The position numbers and the translations under genes were made by a program. The notes beneath the pieces were generated by a model. The model saw nothing but the letters and a program-made list of their open reading frames with translations, did not search any database and was not told the DNA's origin. 64,000 bases of DNA, from assembly GCA_963710755.1 (NCBI GenBank), contig CAVQBK010000006.1:96001-160000 (forward strand), in the 5' to 3' direction. Source of the stretch: an uncultured bacterium (GTDB lineage: Bacteria > Oederibacteriota > JAAXVQ01 > JAUVAV01). Below, piece by piece: positions 53,515 to 62,171 of the stretch. The first letter of the stretch is position 1. Each line of letters starts with the position of its first letter.

Positions 53515-55176
53515 TTATTTTTCCAAAACCACCTCAATATCAATGGAGGAATTCTTCGTCTCCTTGCCCGCCTCCCCAACCTTGGTTTCCAAACGATTGG
53601 CATCAAAACGGAAACTCATTTTCAGATACCGCTCCACCGCTTTGGCCCGTGCTTCAGCCAGATCTTTCTTGGCTCCTGCAAAACCCACAATCACCACTTT
53701 TCCATAGTCATAACGTTCCAATTGTTTGCCGATTTGTCCCAGACCACGTTGTGCTGTTTTGGTTAGTGCAGCTGTGCCTCTGTCAAAGTTAATGCCGGGC
53801 AGCATGCCCGCCTTGATGCTCCCCATGATGCGATTCAGAGCGCTTCGAAGTTTTTTAGACTCTTCACCTTTATCAACTTCAGGCTCTTTTGTAGGCGCCG
53901 GGGTGGCCTCAACCTGCGGTGCTTTGTTTTCTTTGGCAGGTTCTGTTTTTGGCGGTTCTTTTTTCTCAGTACTTTTTACTTGTTGATCTGTTTTCTTGTC
54001 TGCCTGCGGGGGTGTCTTGGCTTCTTTACGGGCTTGGGGTTTAGACATCGGCACAACTGATGGCATGGCCGACGGCACCGGCACTTGGGCTGCCAGCGGC
54101 GTTACGGCATTTTTCCCGGTCAAAAACTCCAAGGTCAAGGAAATACGCTGGGTTGTGCCCAAGTCGCCATAGGGCACAAACGCATAATCCAACTGGTAGC
54201 GAATACCCGAAATTAAAATGGCAAATCCGGCACCGGCCGTCAGTCCGGCCATGCTGTCCAGGTCCTGAATCTCATTGCCAATTTTATAGCCGACGCGGGC
54301 CGCCACTTTGGAACTGGGACCCACCAGCGCGTATTCCGTTCCCAGCGATATTTTAAAATTATTGTCCACCGGAATTAAGGCGTCGGCTGCAAAAGTAAAG
54401 CGGCCATTGTCTGTGAGCGCATCATTAATGATGTAGCCGCCGCCTAGTCTGAAATTAATGGGCATCATCTGGTCTGTGGTGACGCCCAGATTCTGAGCCA
54501 CAAACCCAATCCGCCAACCGGCATCTCTTATAGTCGGTGCCACATCCGAAGCCTTCTGTCTCAGCGCATTGAGTGTAGTGACTTCCCTGGGTTTAATTTC
54601 TTCAGTCTGCCGCCAGAGCGCGCCAATGTCCAGACCACCGCCGAAAATACTGGCTTCAGCCACACTCTCGGAAACCACCCTGAGCGATGCACCGACCAAG
54701 GTATTTTTAACAAAGGGATCATCACTGGGAATAAGACGATTAAGCTTTTGGGCATAGGTCCCAATAAAGGCCAGACTCATGGCCGAGACGTCACCGGCTG
54801 TGCCCACATAATTGCCTGATGAATCTTCCAGGGTTTGTGTAATCGTCCCTGCATTCATCAGCGTGATGCCACCGCCTATGGCACCAAGAGGACCAAGGGG
54901 CGTACCAAAGGCCAAATACTCGGTACCAATTTCTTCCATCCAGAAACTGTGAGTAAAAGCAGCTTGCACGGTTTTGAGTTGAGAAAGTCCGGCAGGATTC
55001 CAGTACAAGGTATCCAGGTCATCGCCAAGCGCTACGTAGGTCTCACCCATGGCCACTGCCCGAACACCCTGTCCGGCTTTCAGGAAATTGGCATTGGTTG
55101 TACCCGGACCACCGGCGTGACCAAGGGATATCAATAATATTAAGCCCATCATGAAGAATAGTGTTCTTTTAAACAT
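53515..55176 (-). CDS. PorV/PorQ-like barrel fused to a Pro/Lys linker and an OmpA-like peptidoglycan-binding domain
   Basis: FLKAGQGVRAVAMGETYVALGDDLDTLYWNPAGL; LDYAFVPYGDLGTTQRISL; C-terminus INFDRGTAAL...IVGFA....LAEARAKAVERYL. Confidence 0.82.
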   Translation of the reverse strand: MFKRTLFFMMGLILLISLGHAGGPGTTNANFLKAGQGVRAVAMGETYVALGDDLDTLYWNPAGLSQLKTVQAAFTHSFWMEEIGTEYLAFGTPLGPLGAIGGGITLMNAGTITQTLEDSSGNYVGTAGDVSAMSLAFIGTYAQKLNRLIPSDDPFVKNTLVGASLRVVSESVAEASIFGGGLDIGALWRQTEEIKPREVTTLNALRQKASDVAPTIRDAGWRIGFVAQNLGVTTDQMMPINFRLGGGYIINDALTDNGRFTFAADALIPVDNNFKISLGTEYALVGPSSKVAARVGYKIGNEIQDLDSMAGLTAGAGFAILISGIRYQLDYAFVPYGDLGTTQRISLTLEFLTGKNAVTPLAAQVPVPSAMPSVVPMSKPQARKEAKTPPQADKKTDQQVKSTEKKEPPKTEPAKENKAPQVEATPAPTKEPEVDKGEESKKLRSALNRIMGSIKAGMLPGINFDRGTAALTKTAQRGLGQIGKQLERYDYGKVVIVGFAGAKKDLAEARAKAVERYLKMSFRFDANRLETKVGEAGKETKNSSIDIEVVLEK

Positions 55177-55528
55177 AAAATCACCTCAGCGGATGACTGC
55201 TTAACTTATTGATCATTATCGTTATTATAATTTTTATATAAATATATTTTGTAATTATTTCGTTATTTATTTTATATCAGTTGCATATTTTTATCAACAT
55301 ATTTTTTTATTTATCATTTTATTTATCATATTATTTGCAATTTTATCTTTCTATTGATAATAGTCTTACCAAATACAAACAACCCATATCCTTTATTTTA
55401 CTTCAAACAAGGCCAATGCAGAAAAACCACTTCAACAAAGTATCGGTTTAAAAGAAAATTTATTAAATGGTTTTTGGGAATTTAAGCTGAACCAAGGTTG
55501 ATGGGGCCTGGCGATAAAACTGCAAAAT

Positions 55529-55558
55529 AAAAAAAGAGGCACCTCACTGTGCCCCTTT
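55529..55558 (-). terminator. Intrinsic terminator
   Basis: AAAGGGGCAC-agtgag-GTGCCTCTTTTTTT on the minus strand. Confidence 0.75.
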
Positions 55559-55796
55559 AGGTCGTTCTTGTTGCAGATAGCAATCGTTGTTGTTTCTAGT
55601 TTCCGTTACCTCGGCTTGGTTTTAGCCGGGGTTCAGGATGAATAAAAATTTCTTGCTCCTTATGCCAGCCTAACTTGGTCCGGGTGATTTTCCAGATTTT
55701 GGCTAAGGCCTGCCGGACTACGAATCCAACCAGGTGTCCTTGTCTTATCAAAACTAGTTAAGAGGCGTTGTGCCTAAAGTTGACTTTAAATCAATC

Positions 55797-58700
55797 TTAT
55801 CTGATGACAATTAGTTTACCCGTATAAGTACGGCCATTTTCTTTTTTCAAAATCCAGAAATATAATCCCGAAGCCACATCAGATCCTGATTGATTTTTCC
55901 CCTTCCATTCATAGCGGTTGCTCATCCCGGTCACTTCGATAACCTTTTCCCCGGATACCGTAAATATTCTTAAATGATCTCCCGGTTCCACACCTGTAAA
56001 TTTACAGGTGCCATTGAAAGCCCGTTTGGGGTGATAAGGATTAGGATAGACTCTGACCTCGGTTATGGGGGTGGACGTGGACGTAGGCGTCGAGGTGGTG
56101 GTAGGGGTTGTAGTCAGCGATGCAAAAGGCGTTGCAGTCAAGGTGACCGTCGGTGAAATGGTCAGGGTGACGGTTATAGTCGGCGTCCAGGTAAAGGTGC
56201 TGGTGACCGTAAAAGTTGCTGTAGGTGTGGGGCTGACAGAAATCGTCGCCGTGGCCGTGGCCGTATAAGTCATGGTTATCGTCGGGGTAATGGTGTGTGT
56301 GCCCGTTGGCGAAGCAGTCCGCGTAGCTGTAAACGTCGGTGTGGTGGTGGGCGAATGCGTAAAGGTTGCCGACGGTGTAAAGGTCACCGTCTGAGTGGGG
56401 GTGTCCGTTATGGTTGGCGTGGCGGTGGCTGTAGCCGAGGCCGTGGCTGTACGCGTAAAGGTATAGGTTGGCGTTACGGTGGAGGTAGGTGTAAAGGTGG
56501 GGGTCACAGTGGGCGTATGGGTAAAGGTAGGCGTAGCCGTACGTGTGGGTGTGGCGGTGCGTGTGGCCGATGGCGTGAACGTAGCGGAATGGGTAGACGT
56601 GGGTGTAAACGTCGGCGTGGCCGTATAGGTGCTGGAATGAGTAAAGGTTGGTGTGGCGGTAGGCGTGTCGGTGGACGTCATTGTAAAAGTTGATGTCGGT
56701 GTCCAGGTGGGCGTGGTGGTGGGTGTAGGTGAATGAGTACTGGTGTAAGTCGGCGTGACGCTGGGTGTTGCTGTAAATGTGGGAGTAGCGGTACTGGTTG
56801 GTGTCCAGGTCGGCGTATAAGTCGATGTCGGCGTCCAGGTCGGCGTGACCGTGGACGTCGGTGAATGAGTTGAGGTAAAGGTGGGGGTCGCGGTATTGGT
56901 AGGCGTAAAGGTGGGGGTCGTGGTGCTGGTTGCGGTTACGGTTCGTGTGTGAGTGGACGTTGGCGTCCAGGTCGGTGTGACCGTGAACGTCGGTGAATAG
57001 GTGGAGGTAAAAGTGGGTGTCGCGGTATTGGTAGGCGTAAAGGTTGGCGTAGTGGTACTGGTTGCGGTTATGGTTCGTGTATGAGTGGATGTTGGCGTCC
57101 AGGTCGGTGTGACCGTGAACGTCGGTGAATGGGTGGACGTCGGCGTCCACGTAAAGCTGGGCGTTGCCGTAGGTGAATGGGTGCTGGTAAAGGTTGGGGT
57201 TACGGTCGGTGTGGCTGTCCCGGTGGGTGTATGGGTTGATGTAGGTGTATGGGTAAACGTTGGCGTTGTGGTAAACGTGGCCGTGACGGTAGGTGTTGCG
57301 GTTTTGGTTATGGTAAAAGTAGGCGTCGCCGTGGGGGTATTGGTTGGGGTAAAGGTCGGTGTCGATGTGGGCGAATGGGTGGAGGTAGGACTCCAGGTCG
57401 GGGTATGAGTAAAAGTCGGTGTGTGAGTAAAGGTTGATGAATAAGCCGGGGTTGGGGTCGGCGTATCGGTCGGCGTATGGGTTGAGGTTGGCGAAAAAGT
57501 TGATGTCGGTGTGGCCGTAAAGCTTGGGGTATAGGTGGGGCTGATGGTCATGGTGCCCGTCGGCGAATGGGTAGATGTGGGCGTACCGGTAAAACTGGGC
57601 GTCGCCGTCGGCGTATGCGTAAAGGTAGGCGTCGCCGTGGGTGTAAAGGTGGCTGTCGGCGTGTGAGTGGAGGTGGGTGTAAAGGTGGGTGTAATCGTAG
57701 AAGTCGGCGTGGGTTCCACGTAATTAATGTTCAAGGAACTGATATAAGGAGAAATTTCGACATTGGTGGTCTGCAAATCCGCCCGCCAGCGCAGATCATT
57801 GCCGCTGTTGATAAAGGTCCAGTTGCTACCAGGTGTTACCGGCCCTTCCCAGTGCGTGCCACCGTCCGCGGTAAGATAATAATCAATGGATTGACCATTC
57901 AAGGTTTGATTGACGGTTAACAAAGCGCTGATAAAATAACTGCCCGTGCTGGCCACGTTAAGGGAATAACCGCTGCCCAAGGTACTATATTCAGGACCGT
58001 ATTTATTGATCCGCGCCTCACTGCCCCCGATCATCCAGTAGGTGCCGTTCCAGCACAGCGTATTGATGGCCGAGTTACCGTAAGCCACCAGATTAGCGGA
58101 AACATCGGAGATGGAGGACCAATCATAGGTATTGATTTTGGCGTGGTCTCCGGCAATAAACCAGTAGCTGTCCTGCGGGTTGTAACCTACCGCATAGACG
58201 GCGTCGCTGGAAAAGCCCGATAGGGTTTCCCAATTGGTCACCCCGAAATCGGGGTTATAGAGACAAACTTTTTGGGGAGAGCTGACACCGCCGATCATAA
58301 ACCAATCAAATCCGCCGTGATACGTATAGGCAATATCATTAATGTCTGTAAAACCGCTAACCGCAGCGACCGGGGAAACCGTACTGCCGTCATAGATGGC
58401 CAAACTACCAGATCCGCCGCCAATCAGCCACTGCCCGCCCCCATAGGCCAAAGCTTTAACATCATCAGAAACACCAAACACGGCCGCCAGACTTACCGGT
58501 GTAAAGGTTGACCCATTGTAGCGCACCAACTGCCTGCCGGTACCACCTATCAGCCAATAACTCCCGTTCCAGCGAATGCTGGTGATGCTTCCCGCAAAAC
58601 CCAAAGAAGCCGTTAGATCTGTTGCTGTGCCACCTGCATACCGCACCAACTTACCCGAGCTTCCGCCAATCAACCAATAACTGCTGTTGCCATCCGCGGC

Positions 58701-60017
58701 CAGCACATTGGCCGTACCCCAGCCGGCGGCGGCCAGGTCACCGCTGATATCCTGGAAGGTCAGGCCATCGTAGGCATTCAAACGGCTATTGTTGCCCCCC
58801 AGAATGACATCACCGTTATCGTTATCAGCGGCAAAGTTGATGTTGTAGATACCCATATCTTTCAAATCAGAGGTAAAATCAGTAAAACTGGGCAGGTTCA
58901 ATGATCCGACACGCTTATTCAGACGAGCTTGTTCCCCGCCGATCAGCCATTCGTCCGAACCAGTGGTGCTGTTGTATTCAATACAGTAGATAGGATTACC
59001 AGACCCAAAGCCTGTGAGTTGCGATGATTGATTAAGCCAAGTACTACCACCGTCCCATGCATACAACACAGGAGCCAAGCCTGTCCCATTGCCGCCAATC
59101 AGCCAAAAACCGCTGGCCGTATTGTAGTCGATGGAAAAAATATTATTCATGCCCGTAACGTTGGCCGATAAATCCGTAAAAGTGGTTGTGCCGTTGAAGG
59201 AGACCAATTTCCCGCCACTGCCGCCAATCAACCATTTGGTGCCGTCCCAGGCGAGAGAACGTACAGTGTTGTTGCCAAAAGTGGTACGGAATTGGGCACT
59301 TAAATCATAAAAGACGCCGCCTTGGTATTTGCTCAAGCAGCCGCCATCGCCGCCCAGCAGCCAATAAGAACCGTTAAAAGCCACCGCATAACCATTGGTG
59401 GTGTTGGCAAAAAAACCTGCCCTGCCCGACATATCGGTAAAGGTAGAACCATCATAACTGTTCAGGCGCCCATTATTGCCCACTATCAGCCAAACCGAAT
59501 CCGTGGGGCTGCCGCCGCCATAACGCACGGCATTAATATCCTGACTCACCCAATTAATCAGCCCACCTGAAAGATCGGTAAAAGTTGTACCATCATAACT
59601 GTTTAGCTTTTTACCAGTGCCGCCGATCAGCCAGGTGCCACTCTGGTGCCAAATGGACATGATTGTGCTGGTACTATAATTGTCCAGGTCGGGAGAGAGA
59701 TTGGTCCAACTGGTCCCGTCATAGCTGTTGAGCTTGGCGCCGGCGCCGCCAATAAGCCACCGCCCGCCTGGTTGCCCATTGTGGTGAATGGCGCGAATCT
59801 GGCCACCCCAATTGATTAATCCGCCTGGTTGGGAGAAGCTGTAGGAAGAGGTCAGAAGCAGCTGCCGTTTGATGGTATTCCAATCGGCCGTGGTTGCCGG
59901 ATCTTTGTAAGTGGTGGTGGCAAAATTTTCAGTATAACTGCCCGCCCAGCTCAGCGCCGCCATCTGCCAAAGCCATAACGCGCTGAATAGAACCATCCCT
60001 CGTCTTTTCCAGTGCAT
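55797..60017 (-). CDS. 1406-aa surface protein: double beta-propeller, ~550-aa Thr/Pro stalk, CTD (paralogue of the 3003-aa N-terminus)
   Basis: Signal peptide; 14 WLIGG-type repeats; TPT tract about 56070-57710; C-terminus VYPNPYHP...IFTVSGEKV...[14 protein letters not shown]...GKLIVIR. Confidence 0.85.
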   Translation of the reverse strand: MHWKRRGMVLFSALWLWQMAALSWAGSYTENFATTTYKDPATTADWNTIKRQLLLTSSYSFSQPGGLINWGGQIRAIHHNGQPGGRWLIGGAGAKLNSYDGTSWTNLSPDLDNYSTSTIMSIWHQSGTWLIGGTGKKLNSYDGTTFTDLSGGLINWVSQDINAVRYGGGSPTDSVWLIVGNNGRLNSYDGSTFTDMSGRAGFFANTTNGYAVAFNGSYWLLGGDGGCLSKYQGGVFYDLSAQFRTTFGNNTVRSLAWDGTKWLIGGSGGKLVSFNGTTTFTDLSANVTGMNNIFSIDYNTASGFWLIGGNGTGLAPVLYAWDGGSTWLNQSSQLTGFGSGNPIYCIEYNSTTGSDEWLIGGEQARLNKRVGSLNLPSFTDFTSDLKDMGIYNINFAADNDNGDVILGGNNSRLNAYDGLTFQDISGDLAAAGWGTANVLAADGNSSYWLIGGSSGKLVRYAGGTATDLTASLGFAGSITSIRWNGSYWLIGGTGRQLVRYNGSTFTPVSLAAVFGVSDDVKALAYGGGQWLIGGGSGSLAIYDGSTVSPVAAVSGFTDINDIAYTYHGGFDWFMIGGVSSPQKVCLYNPDFGVTNWETLSGFSSDAVYAVGYNPQDSYWFIAGDHAKINTYDWSSISDVSANLVAYGNSAINTLCWNGTYWMIGGSEARINKYGPEYSTLGSGYSLNVASTGSYFISALLTVNQTLNGQSIDYYLTADGGTHWEGPVTPGSNWTFINSGNDLRWRADLQTTNVEISPYISSLNINYVEPTPTSTITPTFTPTSTHTPTATFTPTATPTFTHTPTATPSFTGTPTSTHSPTGTMTISPTYTPSFTATPTSTFSPTSTHTPTDTPTPTPAYSSTFTHTPTFTHTPTWSPTSTHSPTSTPTFTPTNTPTATPTFTITKTATPTVTATFTTTPTFTHTPTSTHTPTGTATPTVTPTFTSTHSPTATPSFTWTPTSTHSPTFTVTPTWTPTSTHTRTITATSTTTPTFTPTNTATPTFTSTYSPTFTVTPTWTPTSTHTRTVTATSTTTPTFTPTNTATPTFTSTHSPTSTVTPTWTPTSTYTPTWTPTSTATPTFTATPSVTPTYTSTHSPTPTTTPTWTPTSTFTMTSTDTPTATPTFTHSSTYTATPTFTPTSTHSATFTPSATRTATPTRTATPTFTHTPTVTPTFTPTSTVTPTYTFTRTATASATATATPTITDTPTQTVTFTPSATFTHSPTTTPTFTATRTASPTGTHTITPTITMTYTATATATISVSPTPTATFTVTSTFTWTPTITVTLTISPTVTLTATPFASLTTTPTTTSTPTSTSTPITEVRVYPNPYHPKRAFNGTCKFTGVEPGDHLRIFTVSGEKVIEVTGMSNRYEWKGKNQSGSDVASGLYFWILKKENGRTYTGKLIVIR
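56822..57135 (-). repeat. 132-bp (44-aa) tandem repeat within the Thr/Pro stalk
   Basis: gttcgtgt..gagtgga.gttggcgtccaggtcggtgtgaccgtgaacgtcggtgaat occurs at 56941 and 57073; about 2.4 units. Confidence 0.8.
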
Positions 60018-60054
60018 AAAGCGTCCCCTCTACAGCTTTTAATTTGGTAAGGAA

Positions 60055-60618
60055 TTAGATATTAAACTCTTTACAGACTTCCCCACTATTGTCCTGTATG
60101 TATTTGACAGATTCCATAATTTTATCTTTTTCCGCCTTGCCCACGGTAGCTTTGTTAATATTATCAGCGATGGCTTTGACCGAGGTCTGGATCCCGGCAA
60201 TCACCTCGCGGTCACGACGCACATATCCCCGCAGCCGTTCCGTCATCTCATTAAAAGATTCTTCCAATTCCCGTAATTCATCACCTTTTCTCAGATTAAC
60301 TTGAATTTTAAGATTGCCATTAGCCACTTCCCGGGCACACATGACAAACCGGTACAACGGACCGGCCACTTTGTGGGAGAGGTAAACGCCGACTGTAATA
60401 TTACAAATGGTCAGGAACAAAATAACAGCCAGAACAGCTTTATAGATGAAATAAATGTTGGTTCCCGGGATTTCCGGTTTGGGTTGATTAAGCACAAAAA
60501 AAGTGGCAATGCCTACAATGATAATCTCTACGATCATGGTAAAAATCAAAATCAGGGAATACTTAAACTGCAAATCCATATTGATGTAGATTTGTTTGCG
60601 TTTAAATGTCTCAGCCAC
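60055..60618 (-). CDS. Two-TM HAMP-domain protein without an output domain
   Basis: KRKQIYIN..LQ, two TM segments, SHKVAGPLYRF...GNL...LRKGDELRELEESFNEM, short coiled coil. Confidence 0.75.
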   Translation of the reverse strand: MAETFKRKQIYINMDLQFKYSLILIFTMIVEIIIVGIATFFVLNQPKPEIPGTNIYFIYKAVLAVILFLTICNITVGVYLSHKVAGPLYRFVMCAREVANGNLKIQVNLRKGDELRELEESFNEMTERLRGYVRRDREVIAGIQTSVKAIADNINKATVGKAEKDKIMESVKYIQDNSGEVCKEFNI

Positions 60619-60720
60619 TTAGGTCACCTCGTATAATTTTTTACAGCTTTTCTATTTTAATAAAATACGCACATTCCTCTACGGTTTATGAATTCCATCC
60701 GTTCGCGAATAATGGCCTTT

Positions 60721-60748
60721 GTAGGGAACGGTCACGACCGTTTCCTAT
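60721..60748 (+). repeat. GTAG-type REP-like palindrome
   Basis: GTAGGGAACGGTC-ac-GACCGTTTCCTA; an opposite-facing GTAGGGA is at 60806-60812. Confidence 0.6.
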
Positions 60749-60914
60749 AACGACCTTTTGCAAGAAACTGTCTTCACTCCCCTGAATCCGCCAGCCGACG
60801 CCGCGTCCCTACCCAAAGAAGGGCCGGAAGTAAATAACGCCATCCTCAAAAGCAAATCGTGTTGATAAAGAGTTTATCAAGCTGTCGCCCAATGGTCAAA
60901 CCGTGCCCATGGCC

Positions 60915-62171
60915 TTATTCAAATTCAAGAGGCGACACCCCCAGGGGGAGCACACTTTGAATCGTCACATAGGTGAGCGGAGCTTGTTTTACATCGCCGG
61001 CGGCATCTTCAATGGTAAAGACCACTTTATATTTCCCATCGGGCATGGGATTTAAAGTATCCTCCATCCCATCCCAAACGATGTGTTCCGGCGGCGAGCC
61101 TTCACCGGAATATTTTTTGACCAAGGTATTGGATTCATTAAAAAGCTGGACCGACCAAACCCTAACCTGTAATTTTGTCTGGCAAAGTAGTTTGATAATA
61201 GTGACTTTATTGATGCCTACCGGAGAGAATTTATCCGGCTCCGGCCGTGCCTCCAAAATAAACCCTCCAAAGTAATAAGAAAGATCCACCCGGTGCAGCA
61301 GGCTTTCATCTTCCGTTAAAAAGCCGATGGCATAGTCCAATTGTATATCACTATAGCGGTAGCCCAAACCGCCGGTGAATTCCTGTAAATCATAGCCCGC
61401 CCGGACAAAGACATTGTGCATTGGCGAGCCTTCCAGTCCGAAACGAACCTTCAGCTGATCCTGATCCATGTTTTTAGCCAAATCCACATCCGCTTTGAGC
61501 CTGTCCCCCCACAACTTCGTGGCAATACCAAGCGTCATGTTCATGGGATAAACGTCGGCTACCTCTTTTAATTTAATAGAAGGCGCCAACAGATTTTGGA
61601 AACTCAAGCCCAGGTTAAGGAAAGGAAAGGGATGGTACATTAGGCCCAAATCAAAGCCGAAACCGGTAGCAGATAAGGACATCATGGTTTGATTAACGAT
61701 TTTCAAGGTCCCGCCACCGGCCAGCTGTGGCGTAATATCCATGCCGAAGGCGCCGAGAAAGGCGAATTGGTTGTTGGAGAAACTTTCAGTGACTTCATTA
61801 AATGTATCGCGGCCTTCGGCTGTGCCCTGATTCAGAAAAGTCAGTCCAACCCCCAGAGTGCCGACATAAGGTATAATATGAGAATATCCTAAATACTGGA
61901 AATTATCACCGTCCAGCAATGTCATGTATTGCAACAGCACTTGATTCTGCGAAACACTGGTCAAGCCGCCGGGATTCCAATAAGCAGCAGTAGCATCATC
62001 GGCAATACCTACAAAAGCGCGTCCCATGCCAATAGCCCTGGAACCGGCCCCGTAAGTTAAAAAAGTGCCCGCCTGACCGGCATCAGTATCAATGGCTAAA
62101 CCCTGGATGGGCATGCCGACCAGCACGGCTGCTAATAAAATAAATGTAATTTTTCGCATGTTTAAGGTCAT
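60915..62171 (-). CDS. PorV/PorQ-like barrel with C-terminal FlgD-Ig-like domain (paralogue of 36964-38214)
   Basis: GAGSRAIGMGRAFVGIADDATAAYWNPGGL; LDYA...HRVDLSYYF; PDKFSPVGINKVT...WSVQL...IVWDG...PDGKY; ends VLPLG like its paralogue. Confidence 0.82.
   Translation of the reverse strand: MTLNMRKITFILLAAVLVGMPIQGLAIDTDAGQAGTFLTYGAGSRAIGMGRAFVGIADDATAAYWNPGGLTSVSQNQVLLQYMTLLDGDNFQYLGYSHIIPYVGTLGVGLTFLNQGTAEGRDTFNEVTESFSNNQFAFLGAFGMDITPQLAGGGTLKIVNQTMMSLSATGFGFDLGLMYHPFPFLNLGLSFQNLLAPSIKLKEVADVYPMNMTLGIATKLWGDRLKADVDLAKNMDQDQLKVRFGLEGSPMHNVFVRAGYDLQEFTGGLGYRYSDIQLDYAIGFLTEDESLLHRVDLSYYFGGFILEARPEPDKFSPVGINKVTIIKLLCQTKLQVRVWSVQLFNESNTLVKKYSGEGSPPEHIVWDGMEDTLNPMPDGKYKVVFTIEDAAGDVKQAPLTYVTIQSVLPLGVSPLEFE

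Noticed and set aside
55590-55740. ykkC, Moco, c-di-AMP or 6S identity for the structured spacer
   Set aside because: Only short fragments resemble these motifs and the core conserved elements are missing; kept as an unnamed candidate.
56041-57408. 369-aa His/Tyr-rich ORF and antisense ORFs
   Set aside because: Alternative frames of the Thr/Pro stalk of the 1406-aa gene.
44255-60017. Diversity-generating retroelement acting on the paralogous adhesins
   Set aside because: No reverse transcriptase and no TR/VR pair differing only at adenines; paralogue divergence is spread throughout.
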